NCBI RefSeq assembly: GCF_006345805.1
Contig: NC_043000.1
Span: forward strand, 70,680,001-70,744,000
DNA length: 64,000 bases
Source: Octopus sinensis
Taxonomy: Eukaryota
Reading direction: 5' to 3'
The position numbers were made by a program, and so were the translations under genes. Below are positions 1 to 12,943 of the stretch, one piece after another. Under the pieces are notes generated by a model. That model saw only the letters and a list, made by a program, of their open reading frames with translations. It searched no databases and was not told the DNA's origin. Each line of letters opens with the position of its first letter. The stretch's first letter is position 1.

Positions 1-207
1 TAAAGAAAATGTAAAACTAACTTTCATTAAATTTTCAAATGATCAGTTTTGACATAACTTGTATATCATATTTTTAATTAAAAATTTTCAATGGATTATA
101 ATTATAAATAAAGGTAATATTGTTATAAATGAATTAGTTTACTTGGATTAAAGGTGATATCATTTTGAGAATTAGCTTCAATCTTAAAATTATTTTTCTA
201 AAAATGT

Positions 208-431
208 TTAACCTTTTTGTTACCATATTTATACTGAAATACAATGTTGTTTCAATTAATTTTAGAAGTAATGAAGAATTTAATAAAATAATTTTGTTTT
301 TAAGATGATGTTTAGAACATAAATTGACATGAAATTTTGATGAAAGCTTTTAATTTAGATTTCTTTAAAACAGGAAGTTTGCATCATTGAATCAGAGACC
401 ATTTTGTGTGGGTTAGTATCAGAACAGTTAA
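208..431. mobile_element. ~220-bp MITE-like repeat with TTAA-bounded termini (copy 1)
   Basis: Starts ttaaccttttt-gttacc and ends gtatcagaacagttaa. Colinear with 12732-12943 (ttaactcttttgttacc...gtatcaaaaggttt). TTAA ends suggest a piggyBac-type origin (inference). Confidence 0.45.
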
Positions 432-1220
432 ATATTTTTAAAATTATCGAATTCTTAAAAAATCATTCTTTCATTTTTTTCCCATTAGTTTTTTTTTTTT
501 TTTTTTTTGTGTGTGTCTTGCCATGATTTTGAATAGCCAATATACAGGGTTAGACAGCTAAACAGATTGTTTTCAAAATATTATCTTTTATGAGTATTGT
601 GAATTAAGAGCTAATATTTTGCATATGACTGGTCTTAGATTACACCTTTGATAGTACTGTTTTTTCGGTGGGGGAGGGGTATTTTTGCTTTATGTTATAG
701 ATTGTACTAGAGTTATTGGAATCACTAGGCTGCATTTTGGAAGGTTTCTGTCTTATCTAATCTTGGGGAACTGATTTCAAAACTCTTTCTTAGAATTTGC
801 ATCATGTCATTTTTTTTCTTCAGAAATTTATTTTCAAATACTAGCAACTTAGTACTTATGAAATGCATCATCTGTATGGTATATTTAGTATACTGTATGG
901 TATATTTAGTATAATTAGTTTACTTTATGTGAAGATTTAGCAATTTACACTTACATTTATGTAATAAATTGTTTATTTTAATGAAAATTAGATATAGTTT
1001 GATTCATATTGACATCTCGCTTCATTTAGCAAACCTTTAGCATTATAGCAGTAAACTGTTATCATCCATACTAAAGAAGTGCAAGAAATCCTTTTTTCTT
1101 TGTTGATAAAAACTAAATTGTGTTCCCAGAGCTAGCAGTTTTATTTTGATTCAGTGTAAGTCCCAGTAATTCTTCTGAGATCTTTAGAAGATGTAAACCA
1201 TGCATTGTTTGTTAATTCAG

Positions 1221-1263
1221 GTTGAGTGAAGAACTTAGGCATCTTTATATTTACAGATTGCAG
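1221..1263 (+). CDS. Putative internal coding exon of an unidentified + strand gene (LSEELRHLYIYRLQ)
   Basis: Flanked by ttaattcag| and CAG|gtaagt (consensus donor). Of its three frames only one is open, and it ends in phase 0. Protein not recognised. Confidence 0.5.
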
Positions 1264-2050
1264 GTAAGTTTCAGTGCTTCCTGCCAATGTGCAGCACTAA
1301 GATTCATTGATGACAGACTTATTGAATACAGAAACAGATACTTCGACACAAAATGGTACTTGTCTTGTGAATGAAGGCAATCTGTCTTTGAATTAGTCTT
1401 GGAGTTATTTCCTGGGTTATCAACCATACATAAATAGTGATCATTAAAGTGGTTTCTTTGTTCCTTCTAAACCATTCATTGGTACACCAAAGCTCATTGT
1501 CTTCCTTATGCTTTTGGTCCATTACTTCAGATTTACAACACCAGTTTGTCTGGTTGAGTGAGGATCTCATGGTTTGTCTTGGATACCCAATTTCACTCTG
1601 AAATATATGAAATATGCTCTCCTAACAAAGAGCATATTTGTAACAAGTTGATGATTTTTTCTGTGGGAAAAGACTCACAAATCTGACAAGATATCCAAGC
1701 TGTGTTTCCACTTACTATACCCACTAGTATTATCCATATTTTACAAGTTTAGCATAATAATGACAGACAGCCTTGAAATACAGTATAAAACTAATTTTCA
1801 TTGAAAGTGAGTACTTGAAGATATAAGCAACAAATGCTGGAATAAGTAAGACACATAGCTTCAAGCATAGATCATTGTATACAAATTAGCCTGGAAAAAT
1901 CTAACAAAGACATTTCAAAATGTTTTTTCCACTCTCATAATCTTTCAAAGTTTACAGACTATTCTTCATTAGTAGGAGTTTGTTTACATTATAATCTTTT
2001 TCAATTAATAACTGCCAGATGATACTCTATATTAAAAATTTCTGTTTCAG

Positions 2051-2083
2051 GAACATAACCTCAAAAACATTTCCTTCCATTAA
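2051..2083 (+). CDS. Putative terminal coding exon (EHNLKNISFH*) of the same + strand gene
   Basis: tttctgtttcag| acceptor, phase-0 compatible with exon 1221-1263, TAA at 2081-2083, then AT-rich UTR-like sequence. An alternative acceptor near 3266 cannot be excluded. Confidence 0.3.
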   Translation, partial: EHNLKNISFH

Positions 2084-4261
2084 ACTGTATACTTTTATGG
2101 TGTTGTATGTATCTGTCTTTATTACTATAATTTTGTTTTCTGTTTTTTTGGGGTTTTCTTTTTTAAATTTGTAATTTGGTGATTGTGTGTATAAAATTGA
2201 AAAAAATTATCTTGGCCTTAATCTTAAATGAACAGAATGGTTTAAAGTGAAGAACACAACTGATAACTTTCCTAAAATCAATGTAAGACAAAAACTGATA
2301 TCATATTTGATATAATCAAACTCCAAATAAACCTAAAACCTCCTTCCCCTTCAAGCAAGCAAAACTACTGCAAACTAGTGTTATTTGTGAAATGAGCTGT
2401 GCTGAACATGTTCCACATTACACCTCTAGTAATATGTACAAAGGCAACAGTTTACCATACTCTGGTTAAGCTTAAGATTACAGGAAATGTTTTCTTTCTG
2501 GCTAGTTTACATCCATCAACCTGACCAACCTTGCAAAAAGAAAAAACAAAACATGCTGTAAACAGGATGATAGCTAGGACTGATAAAAATAACTTAGGTA
2601 AAGGGTCACATGTTTCCTGGGGTTGGAGTATTCATGTAGCCAGTTCTAATAGGGTTGAGAGAACCTCAAAGTTTTTCAGCCATCTGAAGGACATGGGAGG
2701 GAGAATGAGAATCTTTGTGAATAAAAAGAAATTCAGTATTAACCGACTGCAGTATAATTAAAGTCAAGCCTTCTGAAATGCAAAGCAAGAATTCAGCCTT
2801 AGTAATGATGTTAAAGGTTGCTGTAAAACTGGTCATATCTGAATCTGTATGACTTTTTGGATGTGGAGAGTTATGGATAAGTCTGCTTGTTATAACAGTG
2901 TCATTATACTGAGATCTGCTATTTGGATTGCATTTAGGTCAAAAACATGGCTGAGACAAAAAAAAAAAAAGTTTGTTCAGCCTTCTATATTTGTAGTCAG
3001 TCAGTTACAGCTTTTGATGGTAGACATAATTAGTAGCAGCTTGCTTTATTTTCCAATAAATATACATGTGAAGGAGTTTCTTGCTTCTGACTTTTCATTT
3101 GCCTTAGTTGCAGGCTTTGAAATGTTTCAACTCACAGTTTCAGTTTAGCCAGCCAACCTTGTATTTGGGGTTTTGTATGTAATTTGTATCTTCTATTATT
3201 TTTCAAATAATTCTTTGAATCCCATCTCTAGTTTTACATTTTTATCCTGTCTCAAATTTTCTACAGTATGATCAACCTTGCATTATGTATGTTATGGATT
3301 CTCTTAGTGTCTCTGCATATGACCTTGCTTCTTTTAAAAGTTGTTTTATAAAAGACACAAAGACCCAGCAGAGTTTAAAAAAAAAAACAATAACCAAACA
3401 GGCAAGGATCTGTAGGTGATTAGCAGACCTTATTTTTAGAAACATTGATTAAGAGAATTCAAAAGTTAAATTCCAGCTACTTGACAACCCTAACAAAATC
3501 GTTTTATTTGTCTTTTGATAGTAAAACTATTAACTGTTGCTGTTATAGAAAATAGAGTTAGTGCAATAGTTTGAAAAATGTATGGGTGTACAATTTTTCA
3601 ATAAGAGTATATATGTTTTGACACAACCAGAATAAAATTATTCATATATTTAGTTGTTATTACTGCTTTATTATGAATTTTTCTTCACTTTTTTAATGTC
3701 TTCATAGTCTCTAATCTTGGACAGCACACTGCATGCAATACTCCTCTAAAACTGTATGACTCAGGATTTCAGACTGCTTACGTCAATTATATCAAAGCTT
3801 TAATCAAGTAGTACTGAACTAGCTTTATACATATTCTGATTAAAATCAAAGCTTTTCTAAAAATTGAAAATCTGCTTGGAGATATTTTGTTCTCAGTTGT
3901 TCTATTGAACTCCACATTGCTTCTTTTGTTTTGAGATATTGGAGAAAAAAACGATTTTGTACATTTTCTCCAATTCCATCTTTGTTATATTCTAACATAT
4001 ATAACATATATTTTAACTCCATTTCATTATAAAATTTCAGTTATTAAAATAATTTTTGCAAACAATATTTCAAGACAGCTGTCTTTTAAAAGTGGCTTTA
4101 TGGAAAGTTTTCAATATTTACTGTCAGAGTTTGTTTGAATTGGATTGTTCTCCATTGTATTTAGTAGATATTTAAATTCATTTATTGATTTCTGGACTTT
4201 TCCATTGGGTTTCTTCTGATTAAAATTTATGCTCTTTTAGAACTCTTATGCTTTATCTTGT

Positions 4262-4409
4262 TTCAATCACTGGACAGCAACAATGATGGGTCACTACCCA
4301 GTTCTAAATTTTTAAGTCTGGTACTTATTCTGGTCTCTTTTACTGAATTGCTAAGTTATGGGGATGCAAACAAACTAATACTGATTGTCAAATAATGTGG
4401 GAGGACAAG

Positions 4410-4440
<31 letters not shown>

Positions 4441-4585
4441 GCATACATACACAATGGGCTTCCACTCAGTTTCTGTTGTGATCACAAGACCTGGGGCTAT
4501 AGTGGAAGATACTTGCCCAAGGTGTTGAGCAGTAGGACTGAACTTGAAACTACATTGATGCAAAGTGAGCTTCTTAACTATATGG
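4262..4585 (-). mobile_element. tRNA-derived SINE with internal (CA)/(TA) microsatellite
   Basis: Minus strand reads tagttaagaagctcactttgc...ttcaagttcagtcc...caccttgggcaagtatcttccactatagcccc. Homologous to copies at ~6370-6530, 9880-10040, 18420-18540, 42700-43020, 58780-59165 and 61085-61430. Confidence 0.7.
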
Positions 4586-6689
4586 ATTTTTTACTTTGAA
4601 ATACTGGGACTAAACTGCTATCGCAAAGGTAATACTTTGACAATAACTTGTGCTTCCATGTATAGCAAATTTTTTATAAACATTCTTTCACTGGTACCAT
4701 TCAGACTGCATCCATGCTGGGCATGTAATGTGCATGAAGTACAACTGTTGTATAAGGAACAGCTGAACACTTCAACTTAATGGAACCTATGGAAGAGGGA
4801 GATCAAGGAAGACTTACTAGTGGTGAAGGTTGATCTGAAGATGCTGCACCTTATAAGCGACCATACTGATTGGCAATACACAATGCTACAGCAGATCCAC
4901 CCACTCATAGCAACATGTACTCTGACACAAACAATAACTTTTAGAAATGCAATGTACTCTGCTTTATAATCTTGACAAATATTGATTACTCACTTTCCTT
5001 CTGCTTCCTTATTTCCTTATCATTCATAACCCTCTATCATTCATCTCCCCATCACCTTCTAATAGCACCATTCTCATAACTCTACCTCCTCATCTTCAAA
5101 AAGCTGAATTAGATCACTATCATCTGCTTGTAAAATGTACTATTCACTCTGTTGTGCTGCCAGCCAACAATCTCTCTCACTCTCTATTGTAACCCCTTAC
5201 CCACTCTTGCCTTTATCTCATCACCCATCCCTATTGTTGTCCATTTTTGCTATTGTCAATCACCCTGCCACTACTACTTGACTTCACCTAAATAACCCTG
5301 CCTTTTCCCTTCGTACTGCTCTTTTCACCCATTCATTCTTACTTTTTACCACCTCTGCTATTACCAAAGATTGCCCTCCCAACATCACCCCTACATATCC
5401 TTGCCTTCTTCCCAATACATTTTTGCTGCTCTCATTCTATCCATTCTGCTCTAATGTCATTGTTCTCTCTCATTCCTCAGAGCAAATGACACCTTTGCCT
5501 ACACCTCTATTCCCCATCTCCTGTACCCATTTCTGGCTTTTCTGGTGCTATTGTTCTCTCTCATTTCCCTGTCTTGGTTTACATGCTTTACATTACTGAG
5601 TACACTCTATATTTATTACATACAGTGCACCCCAACTTGAGAAAGTGTAGGGTTGTAGGATTCCTCTTGTCCTGTCTCACCAAGGGCTGTTCAATGTTTC
5701 TAGTATGGTACCATGAGAAAATGCACACAGCACATTCTGTAAAGCAGTTGGCAAAAGGAAGGGCATCCTGCTGTAGAAACCAAACCAAATATGAGCACCA
5801 GTTTATGGTTAAAGTGGCTCCCAATGGAAGATGATTCAGACATGAAGACCCATCCAAACCATACCAGCATGGAAAGCAGATATAAGATGATGATGCCTAA
5901 CTGACACATTTGTTTTTCCTTCCAAATTGCTGCAAACAGTTGTTTACCCTGAAGTCAACTTTGATTGAATTAAAGATTTATGATGAAAGCTTTCCACCTA
6001 TGACCATCCCTCTTTTTGTTTATTGGGACAATACCTCTAATGTATGTTTTTACATCATTGAAGTTGATGCTATTTTTGTGTCTGTGTATCTTTATGGCCA
6101 TTCATTTATTTCACATCCTCTTATTTTTTTCATGTTAGTATATCTTGGGTGGGAATTGATTTTCAGGTAGAATTTTACAGCCTGATGCCCTTCCTGTCAC
6201 TAATCTTCACTTTTTTTCAGGTAAGGGATTTTTGTATTCCAGAAGCACAAAGGGATCAGGAATAAATGTGAACTATGTCAGTATCAGCACCACTGCACTC
6301 AAATGGTGACAGGCAAAATACTAAGATTCATGCATATTTGCATGTATGTGTACATGCACACACACAGATATGTGTGAGACTTAATATTGTTTCTATCCAT
6401 CAGATTCACTCACAAAGATCAGTTGGCCTGAGGTAATAGTAGAAGACTTTTCCCATGTTGTTGCATTGTGGGACAACCTGAAACCATGTGGATATTAAGT
6501 GAACATCTTCACATATCCACGCCTGTGCTTGCTTGAAAATTGTAAGTGATGAGACAGGAAATTTATACAGATAGCATAAATTTTTTGATGTAGATATTGC
6601 AAGTTGATATTTAGATTCTTTTTATTTATTATTTCCCTATTTCAGACTTAGAATTTCTAATTTAATAACACTTCTTTTAGAAATAGTCC

Positions 6690-6885
6690 CTTCTACCATA
6701 AGCACAAGGCCTGAAATTTTGGGGGATGGGGCTAGTCGATGACATTGACCTTAATACTCAACTAGTACTTATTTTATCCACCTTGAAAGGATAAAAGACA
6801 AAGTCAACCTCAGCAGAATTTGAACCCAGACGAAATGCCACTAAGCATTTTACTTGGTGTGCTTTTGATTCTACCAGCTTGACAC
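6690..6885 (-). mobile_element. Second tRNA-derived SINE family
   Basis: Minus strand reads gctggtagaatc...aaaatgcttagtggcatttcgtctgggttcaaattctgctgaggttgacttt, with a B-box-like GGGTTCAAATTC. Related copies at ~18580-18740 and ~21500-21625. Confidence 0.6.
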
Positions 6886-8059
6886 CTTTCCTTTAGAAAT
6901 AAACTGTTTCCATTCTTATACATGAAATTTGAGAAGTATATTTAGTACATTTGAGTATCTCCATTATGTTTTACTTTTAGATCTATCTAGAAATATACTA
7001 TTAATGCATCTGAAGAACAAATTTCTTCAGTTTCTCACTACAAAATTTCCATAAAACTGTTTAGCTAAATCCTTTACAGTTATTTATAAAACTATTCATC
7101 TTTATTTTTAAAAATTTTCTAATGTAAATAAAATTCTAAATATCAAATAAGAAATTATCAAAGCCGAAATCCCTAGGGATCTGCCTTTATATCACCTGAT
7201 GATTTTTATCTTGATAGACTAACAAAATTAAAAAGAATATTAATCTAGTAGAAGGTGACATTATTTGGGGACCTTGTGTTCCAGTTACAAATATTATTGC
7301 AAACTTTATATTCATTGTAGTAATAAAAGCCTTAATAAAATGTTATTACTGCTAAATGAAATAAGCAACTTTGTTAAATTGGTGTTTCAAATGCACTACT
7401 TCCTTCATGTGATATGCAAAAGGAGTTGTGTTATAAAGAATTATTTGGATAAGACTTCAATATATGAAGATTGTTGCATAGATTTTTTTTTTGCTGGTTC
7501 TAGATGATCTTATAGATATTTATTTCCTATTCAACTAGTTTACATAATAATTTTAAGCATTTTGTCTTCAAGAATTTCAGCTGCTTCATTTGCATTTTTG
7601 TTAAAAAGCATACTCTGATGACAGTAGCAGATAGGAAGATAGACATCTGGATACTTCAACATTGCCTTGTATGGTGTTTTCTTGAACAGAACAAGAGGGG
7701 AGCAAATTAAATGTAGTGAACTCAATTACATCCATTCCCATTGTGACTAGAAGATTCCAGAACTAGAATGATTGTTTTTTATAACTCCATTATTGTACCT
7801 TAAGTTTTTATTGACAGCTATTTCTTGTCTATGAAGAAACATTTGTTATGATAAGGAGGATCCATAATCAATGAATATGTATAAAATACTAGTAGAGGAA
7901 ATACTTTGTGAAAAATATCTTTTTTTATGATTTTAAAAATTCACTGATAATAAAGAGTTTTACATTAAACCTTGGAATAGTGATTTTGAATTGGAAGTAT
8001 TCATATTCTCTACTTCTGAAAGATTACTTTAAAAGACATTCAGAGGATAAGAGGACAGG

Positions 8060-9730
8060 TGAGTGAAGATTAAGTGACCAAAAGCAAATGAACTATCAGC
8101 CTACAAGAAGTTTGAAAGTGCAATACTGAAGAAGATGGGAACCAAGAAAAGGGGACTGACAGTGGAAGAAGAGCTCCAGTTACTTGCTGATTCAATCTGT
8201 AGGGACCTCTCTTGGCCCTGCCTGAGACCTGAAACCAAATCCACCCCGCTTGTTGTTTGTCAAAACAAGCGGGAATTTGTTTTCCTCTCCACACCAGATG
8301 ATTGATGGGGAAACACTTGACCCCCAAGGACTTATGCTGGTCAAAGAAAGGTCAATCTTTTGTTTAGGATTTGACCTACATTACCGACCATAGTCTATAT
8401 AACAGAAAACATTTCCAGTCTCTTCCTCTTTTGTGTCAGCTATGACCAAGGAGCAACACTTCCCTTTGTATTTCACTAGACATACAAAGAGAAGCTTTTA
8501 GTCACAATGCCACCTTTATCCTTTCTTCCTTTCCAGTCAGCACTTTGCATTCCTTACTCTTTCCCTCTATACTGACAGACAGCAACTTCTACACTACCAA
8601 CCTGCAAGCGAACTTGTCACTGCCACTACAATTATTGCTGTATCTCTAGCTACCTGTCAGACAAACAAAAATAAATATATATAAATATTTCTTCTTTCTT
8701 GGTGCTGATTCTTCGATGTTCACTGGTTACTCCAATGTGAGAACCTTCAAACGTTACATCTACATGCTACATTTGATAGCCAACTACATCATAACGATGT
8801 GATATGGCATGTCACTTCACTCGCCACAATTGGTGACCTCAGCTACTACAAATATATAATACATGTAAGGAACTGTTTGGCACACTAAATGGAGACAAGA
8901 ATATACCAGAAAGTACTAGCAGGAGGAGTCACTTTATAGAAGAAGTGAGGAGGGAGAAGAAATCTCTGAGGACTAGATGGATTGAGGCATGTGAAGAAGA
9001 AAAGGCACTATTGAAGCTGCTCTCTGATGATGTTAAGAAGTTTCTCTGCCAGCTGGTACATATTGAGAAAGAAGGCTCAGGTGGTAGAGCCAAAGAAAGT
9101 TTTTGAAGATCTTTACAAGTTGACAAGAGATGTGTTTCAGGATAGCAGAAATGATAAATTGATATGTAGCAAAGGTGGAGACACTTGTACAAAATGTATA
9201 GTGACAATCTTTGAGATATCCCTGTACCACTAATCTGAAGGATACCAAAACTAACAGCACCAGGAGCAAAATTTAATCAATCTTGGAGATATCTGAATGC
9301 AAGATCCCCAGACATTTATCAAAGATGTATGATAAAAGGGTCTCTGGACAAGATGCCTGCCATACCAAATCTACTCTAACCAACATGTTATTCTTTGTTT
9401 TCGAAAGTGATCATGAGCAGAAAGTATCTACCTCCCCTAAGAGCAGAACTCATCAACTCTTAACCAGCTGAGGCCAATTTTCCTACTAAGTGTAGATGGA
9501 AAAATATTGGCATTGTTATTAGACAAGTTATGATATTTTTGATATCATTCCTCCAGATAAGGAATGGAAGAAAATGGATAGCTTCTGAGGTGACAGAAGT
9601 GTGTGACATTCCTAGAATATGAGGACATAGTGGTCCATACAGAGACCACTAGGGAAGGACTTGGAAGCAGTGAGCTTAAACCATGCCATTTCCTGTTATT
9701 AACGGTCACAGTAAGCATTAATTAGTGGAA
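8060..9730 (+). mobile_element. HERO-like (REL-endonuclease) non-LTR retrotransposon, 5' part to RT start, decayed and interrupted at ~8200-8850
   Basis: Translations IK*PKANELSAYKKFES...TVEEELQLLADSI, then CKELFG...SRRSHFIEEVRREKKSLRTRWIEACEEEK, then AESIYLP*EQNSSTLNQLRPIFLLSVDGKI. These match HERO-clade ORF motifs (recalled, not searched). Confidence 0.6.
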
Positions 9731-10179
9731 GTAAGGCTTGTGTATGGAATTGTAAGAAATGGTGGTAATCCTTTCATTAATTTATGGAAGTGAATGTACA
9801 TCTCACAGAGTGTAAACATTTAGTGACTTCTCAACAATCATTTTTCATTTTTGCTATGATGCACAGGAGTAGCTAAGCACAGATTTGGTTGTAATTAATT
9901 AAGAAATTTGCTTCCCAGCTACATGGTTTTGGGTTCAGTTCCATTGTATGGTACCCTGGGCAAGTATTTTCTCTTGTAGTCCCAGGCCAACCAAAGCCTT
10001 GTGAGTAGATTTAATGGATGGAAACTGAAAGAATCTGTTGTGTATATGTTCACAGAGATGCAGGATGTAAATAGATACCTTTAATTTTGAAATTATGATG
10101 TGCTTTGTGATTGTCTCTTGTGGAATTTCTGCCCACTTGTCACACAACAATCAAAACAATTCATCTTTAGATTTAGGTT

Positions 10180-10980
10180 TCTGTTGAGTTTTTCATATAG
10201 CTCTATCTAGTATGCTACAAAGATTTACAATTGGATTCATGTCAGGAGATTGGCTCAGCCAAGGAAGCTTTTTTGATGCTATTTTCAGTCAGCTAGTGTT
10301 GATTCTTTTCTCTGTGTAGCATGGAGCCCCATCTTCCATGAATAAAACTCATTTTTTGTTATGTTATTGTGTGAATACACCGGAAGTAGTCCTTGCTTAA
10401 GTATTTTGATGTATTTTTCAGAGTTTATGGTTCCAACACATTTGATCAGCTCAGAATGACCATTGCTAGTGACAGCTCCCCATACCATTACAGAGATACC
10501 GTCATGTTTCACAGTTGGTTGGAGTTGTTTCAAATCAAATTCTTGATTTGGAAGCCTCCAGACCCAAACACATCCACTGTCTGAAAATAATGCAAATCTG
10601 AATTCATATGAGAAAACCATTCTATCCCAAAATGAACTGGACTTTTCTGACATCTCCTTAGCCCATTTCTTTCTTTTCATGATATTAATTGGTTGAAGGA
10701 GAGGTTTTCTTCTAGCTGCTTGTCCATAATACCCAAGCTTATGCAGATATGTAACATATGTTCTTGGACTAACTTCTAGCTGTTTTGCAATGTCAGAAGC
10801 CTTCAAACGGGGTTCATTTTCCACAATTCTCTTCAAACAATGAAGCTTCCTTTCCGAGGGCCCAGGTTGGCCGGGACGAGAATCTGGCTGACAACACAGA
10901 AAGGGTTGTCAATGAAAAATATGAGCAGAGAGGACAATGTTAGTGTATCAAGATATTCATACTGAGAATAGTTAAAATCT
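10180..10980 (-). mobile_element. Tc1-like (DD34E) transposase remnant
   Basis: ORF 10285-10836: ARRKPLL...[12 protein letters not shown]...[14 protein letters not shown]. Frameshifted continuation FMEDGAPC...WLSQSPDMNPIVNL. Confidence 0.85.
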
Positions 10981-11119
10981 AAAATAAACTATATGGTGGT
11001 ATGGGAAATCAATCTGATTAAAATCTAATGAAATAGTAAAGTAGAATAAATACAAGAACTGTGGTCCCCTGATACATGCAAATTATTTATAATAAAGTCT
11101 AAAGAAAAGCACATAATGA

Positions 11120-11590
11120 TTCTAATTGAACTCAGTCCTGTGGGAAGAGGGGTGTGACGAGGCCCATGAACAGAAGCATGCCAAATAATGAAGCCTTCTG
11201 CAGGCTTGTAAAGAGAAGGGATGGCAGGTATGGTTTTTTCCCAGTTGAGGTTGGCATGGAGGATGCTTACAACCATTGGAATGAGAGGAAAGGAGTGAAG
11301 GGTAGCTGTGCACAAGATGGGAAAGGCCGCTGAAAGAGTTTCTTGTTGGCTTTGAAGTAAGAGAAAGGAGTTAAGCTGGAAACCAGTGAGGAGCAATGAC
11401 TTGGCCACCTCTACTGACCTACCAATGGGAGGACATTATGGTTCAGGGTCAAAACATCTGAGGAACATTGGCTATTGTCTGGTGACATCAGTTCCTCCTG
11501 GCCAAAGCGCCATTCACTTTGGTGAATGGAAAAGGCACCTCCTTATAGGTGTTATTAACATAATAATGATGATGATATTACCCTAATAGA
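11120..11590 (+). mobile_element. HERO-like element 3' end (REL endonuclease C-terminus + 3' UTR)
   Basis: VLWEEGCDEAHEQKHAK**SLLQACKEKGWQVWFFPVEVG (with a frameshift), followed by UTR ending in an ATAATGATGATG tail. Confidence 0.6.
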
Positions 11591-11599
11591 GTACAGGCC

Positions 11600-12290
11600 A
11601 GAAAAACAAAAAGAAGTCACCATCTTGGAGGCTGTAACTCACCACTACAATCAAAAAAGCAAAGGATGTTGTCAAACATCACACAACCTGCTTGCTGTCT
11701 TACCTTTAAAATTACAACAGATTTTTTTTTTACCAAAACAGAAATCCTCCTATCCTCAATTCCTCTACCAAGACAGTGCACTAAGTAGTACTCGTTCTAG
11801 TTTTCCCAGGCTCCCTTGCCATTGTAAGCATGACTTCTGCAACCTCACACTTCATTTCTTTCTTCCCTTGACAAGTGTTACATTCCAAGTCTTCTTTGCT
11901 TTAAAACATATTCTAGCCCAGTTTATCAGCTCATCTGGTCTGTGCAAAATCCTCACCTCTGATTTCTCATCCCTAATCAACAGCTCTACATCATCCATGA
12001 AAGCTTTCTTAGACAAGTGGATCTTCAGATGATGCCATTGTGCCTCATAGGATGACTTCCCTTCCATGAATGAATCAAATGACTGCAAATTTACACCCAG
12101 CAGCATGTCTCACCTCAAACTTCTGCTTAGTTGTTGTATAATCCTTTGAGGTAAATCTACACCGAAAAAAACCCTCTGATAGTTCAAACCCACCAAAGTG
12201 ACTAGTCATAGTTCCAGACATAACCCCACTCTTCTTTGACTGTTGACTCTTTTTCTCTCTCCCTCTCACATGCACACATTTCCAACATCT
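11600..12290 (-). mobile_element. HERO-like RT middle segment, inverted
   Basis: GFFRCRFTSKDYTTTKQKFEVRHAAGCKFAVI and KAFMDDVELLIRD...DELINWARICFKAKK (FMDD catalytic motif). Confidence 0.65.
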
Positions 12291-12731
12291 CAAAAGTGAC
12301 AGAAATTGTTGCAGATAATTATTTTTATTATTATCTAGATTCTCTTGCTCTCTCTCTCTTCCTTAACCACTGAACTGATTTCCAGATCCAGATTTACAAC
12401 AGATTTGCTTGTCATGTCATTAAATGGTGGCTCTCACTTTTAAATGCTTTGGAAAAAGTAGTGTTGTCGCCCTTAATATCAACTACATTGATTCAAATTT
12501 ACTGTCTATGGGCTCCATCTGTCTTTTAAGTCTTGAATCAAATGTTACTTGTCAAACAGGACCATTGTACCCCTGCAACTTGACATCTTCATCTCTTCTA
12601 CAGTGCTCACCCAGAACTCACACTAAATAATTTACCTACCTAAGTAATCTTTCTTACACATCCATGTTTTACCTGCTGTTGTCTACTGAGTGATTTTCAA
12701 ACTGACTTTCTGCCATAGTGGATGAAAGCCC

Positions 12732-12943
12732 TTAACTCTTTTGTTACCATACTTTTGTCATCATATGCTGCCTTTGTTTCAGTTAATTATTAAAATATTG
12801 AAGTGTTTAGTAAAATAACTTTATCATTATCAAGTTGGGGTCTTAACAAATTAGCATAAAATTTTTATGGAAGATCATAATTTAGATCACTTTAAAACAA
12901 TTAGTTTATGTCATAGAACCTGGGTCAGTATCAAAAGGTTTCA
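12732..12943. mobile_element. ~210-bp MITE-like repeat (copy 2)
   Basis: Colinear with 208-431. Confidence 0.45.

Noticed and set aside
8245-8273. Perfect 10-bp hairpin cccgcttgtt/aacaagcggg
   Set aside because: No downstream CTRR (so not a Helitron end) and no ribozyme core. It is isolated and could be chance within the unidentified insert.
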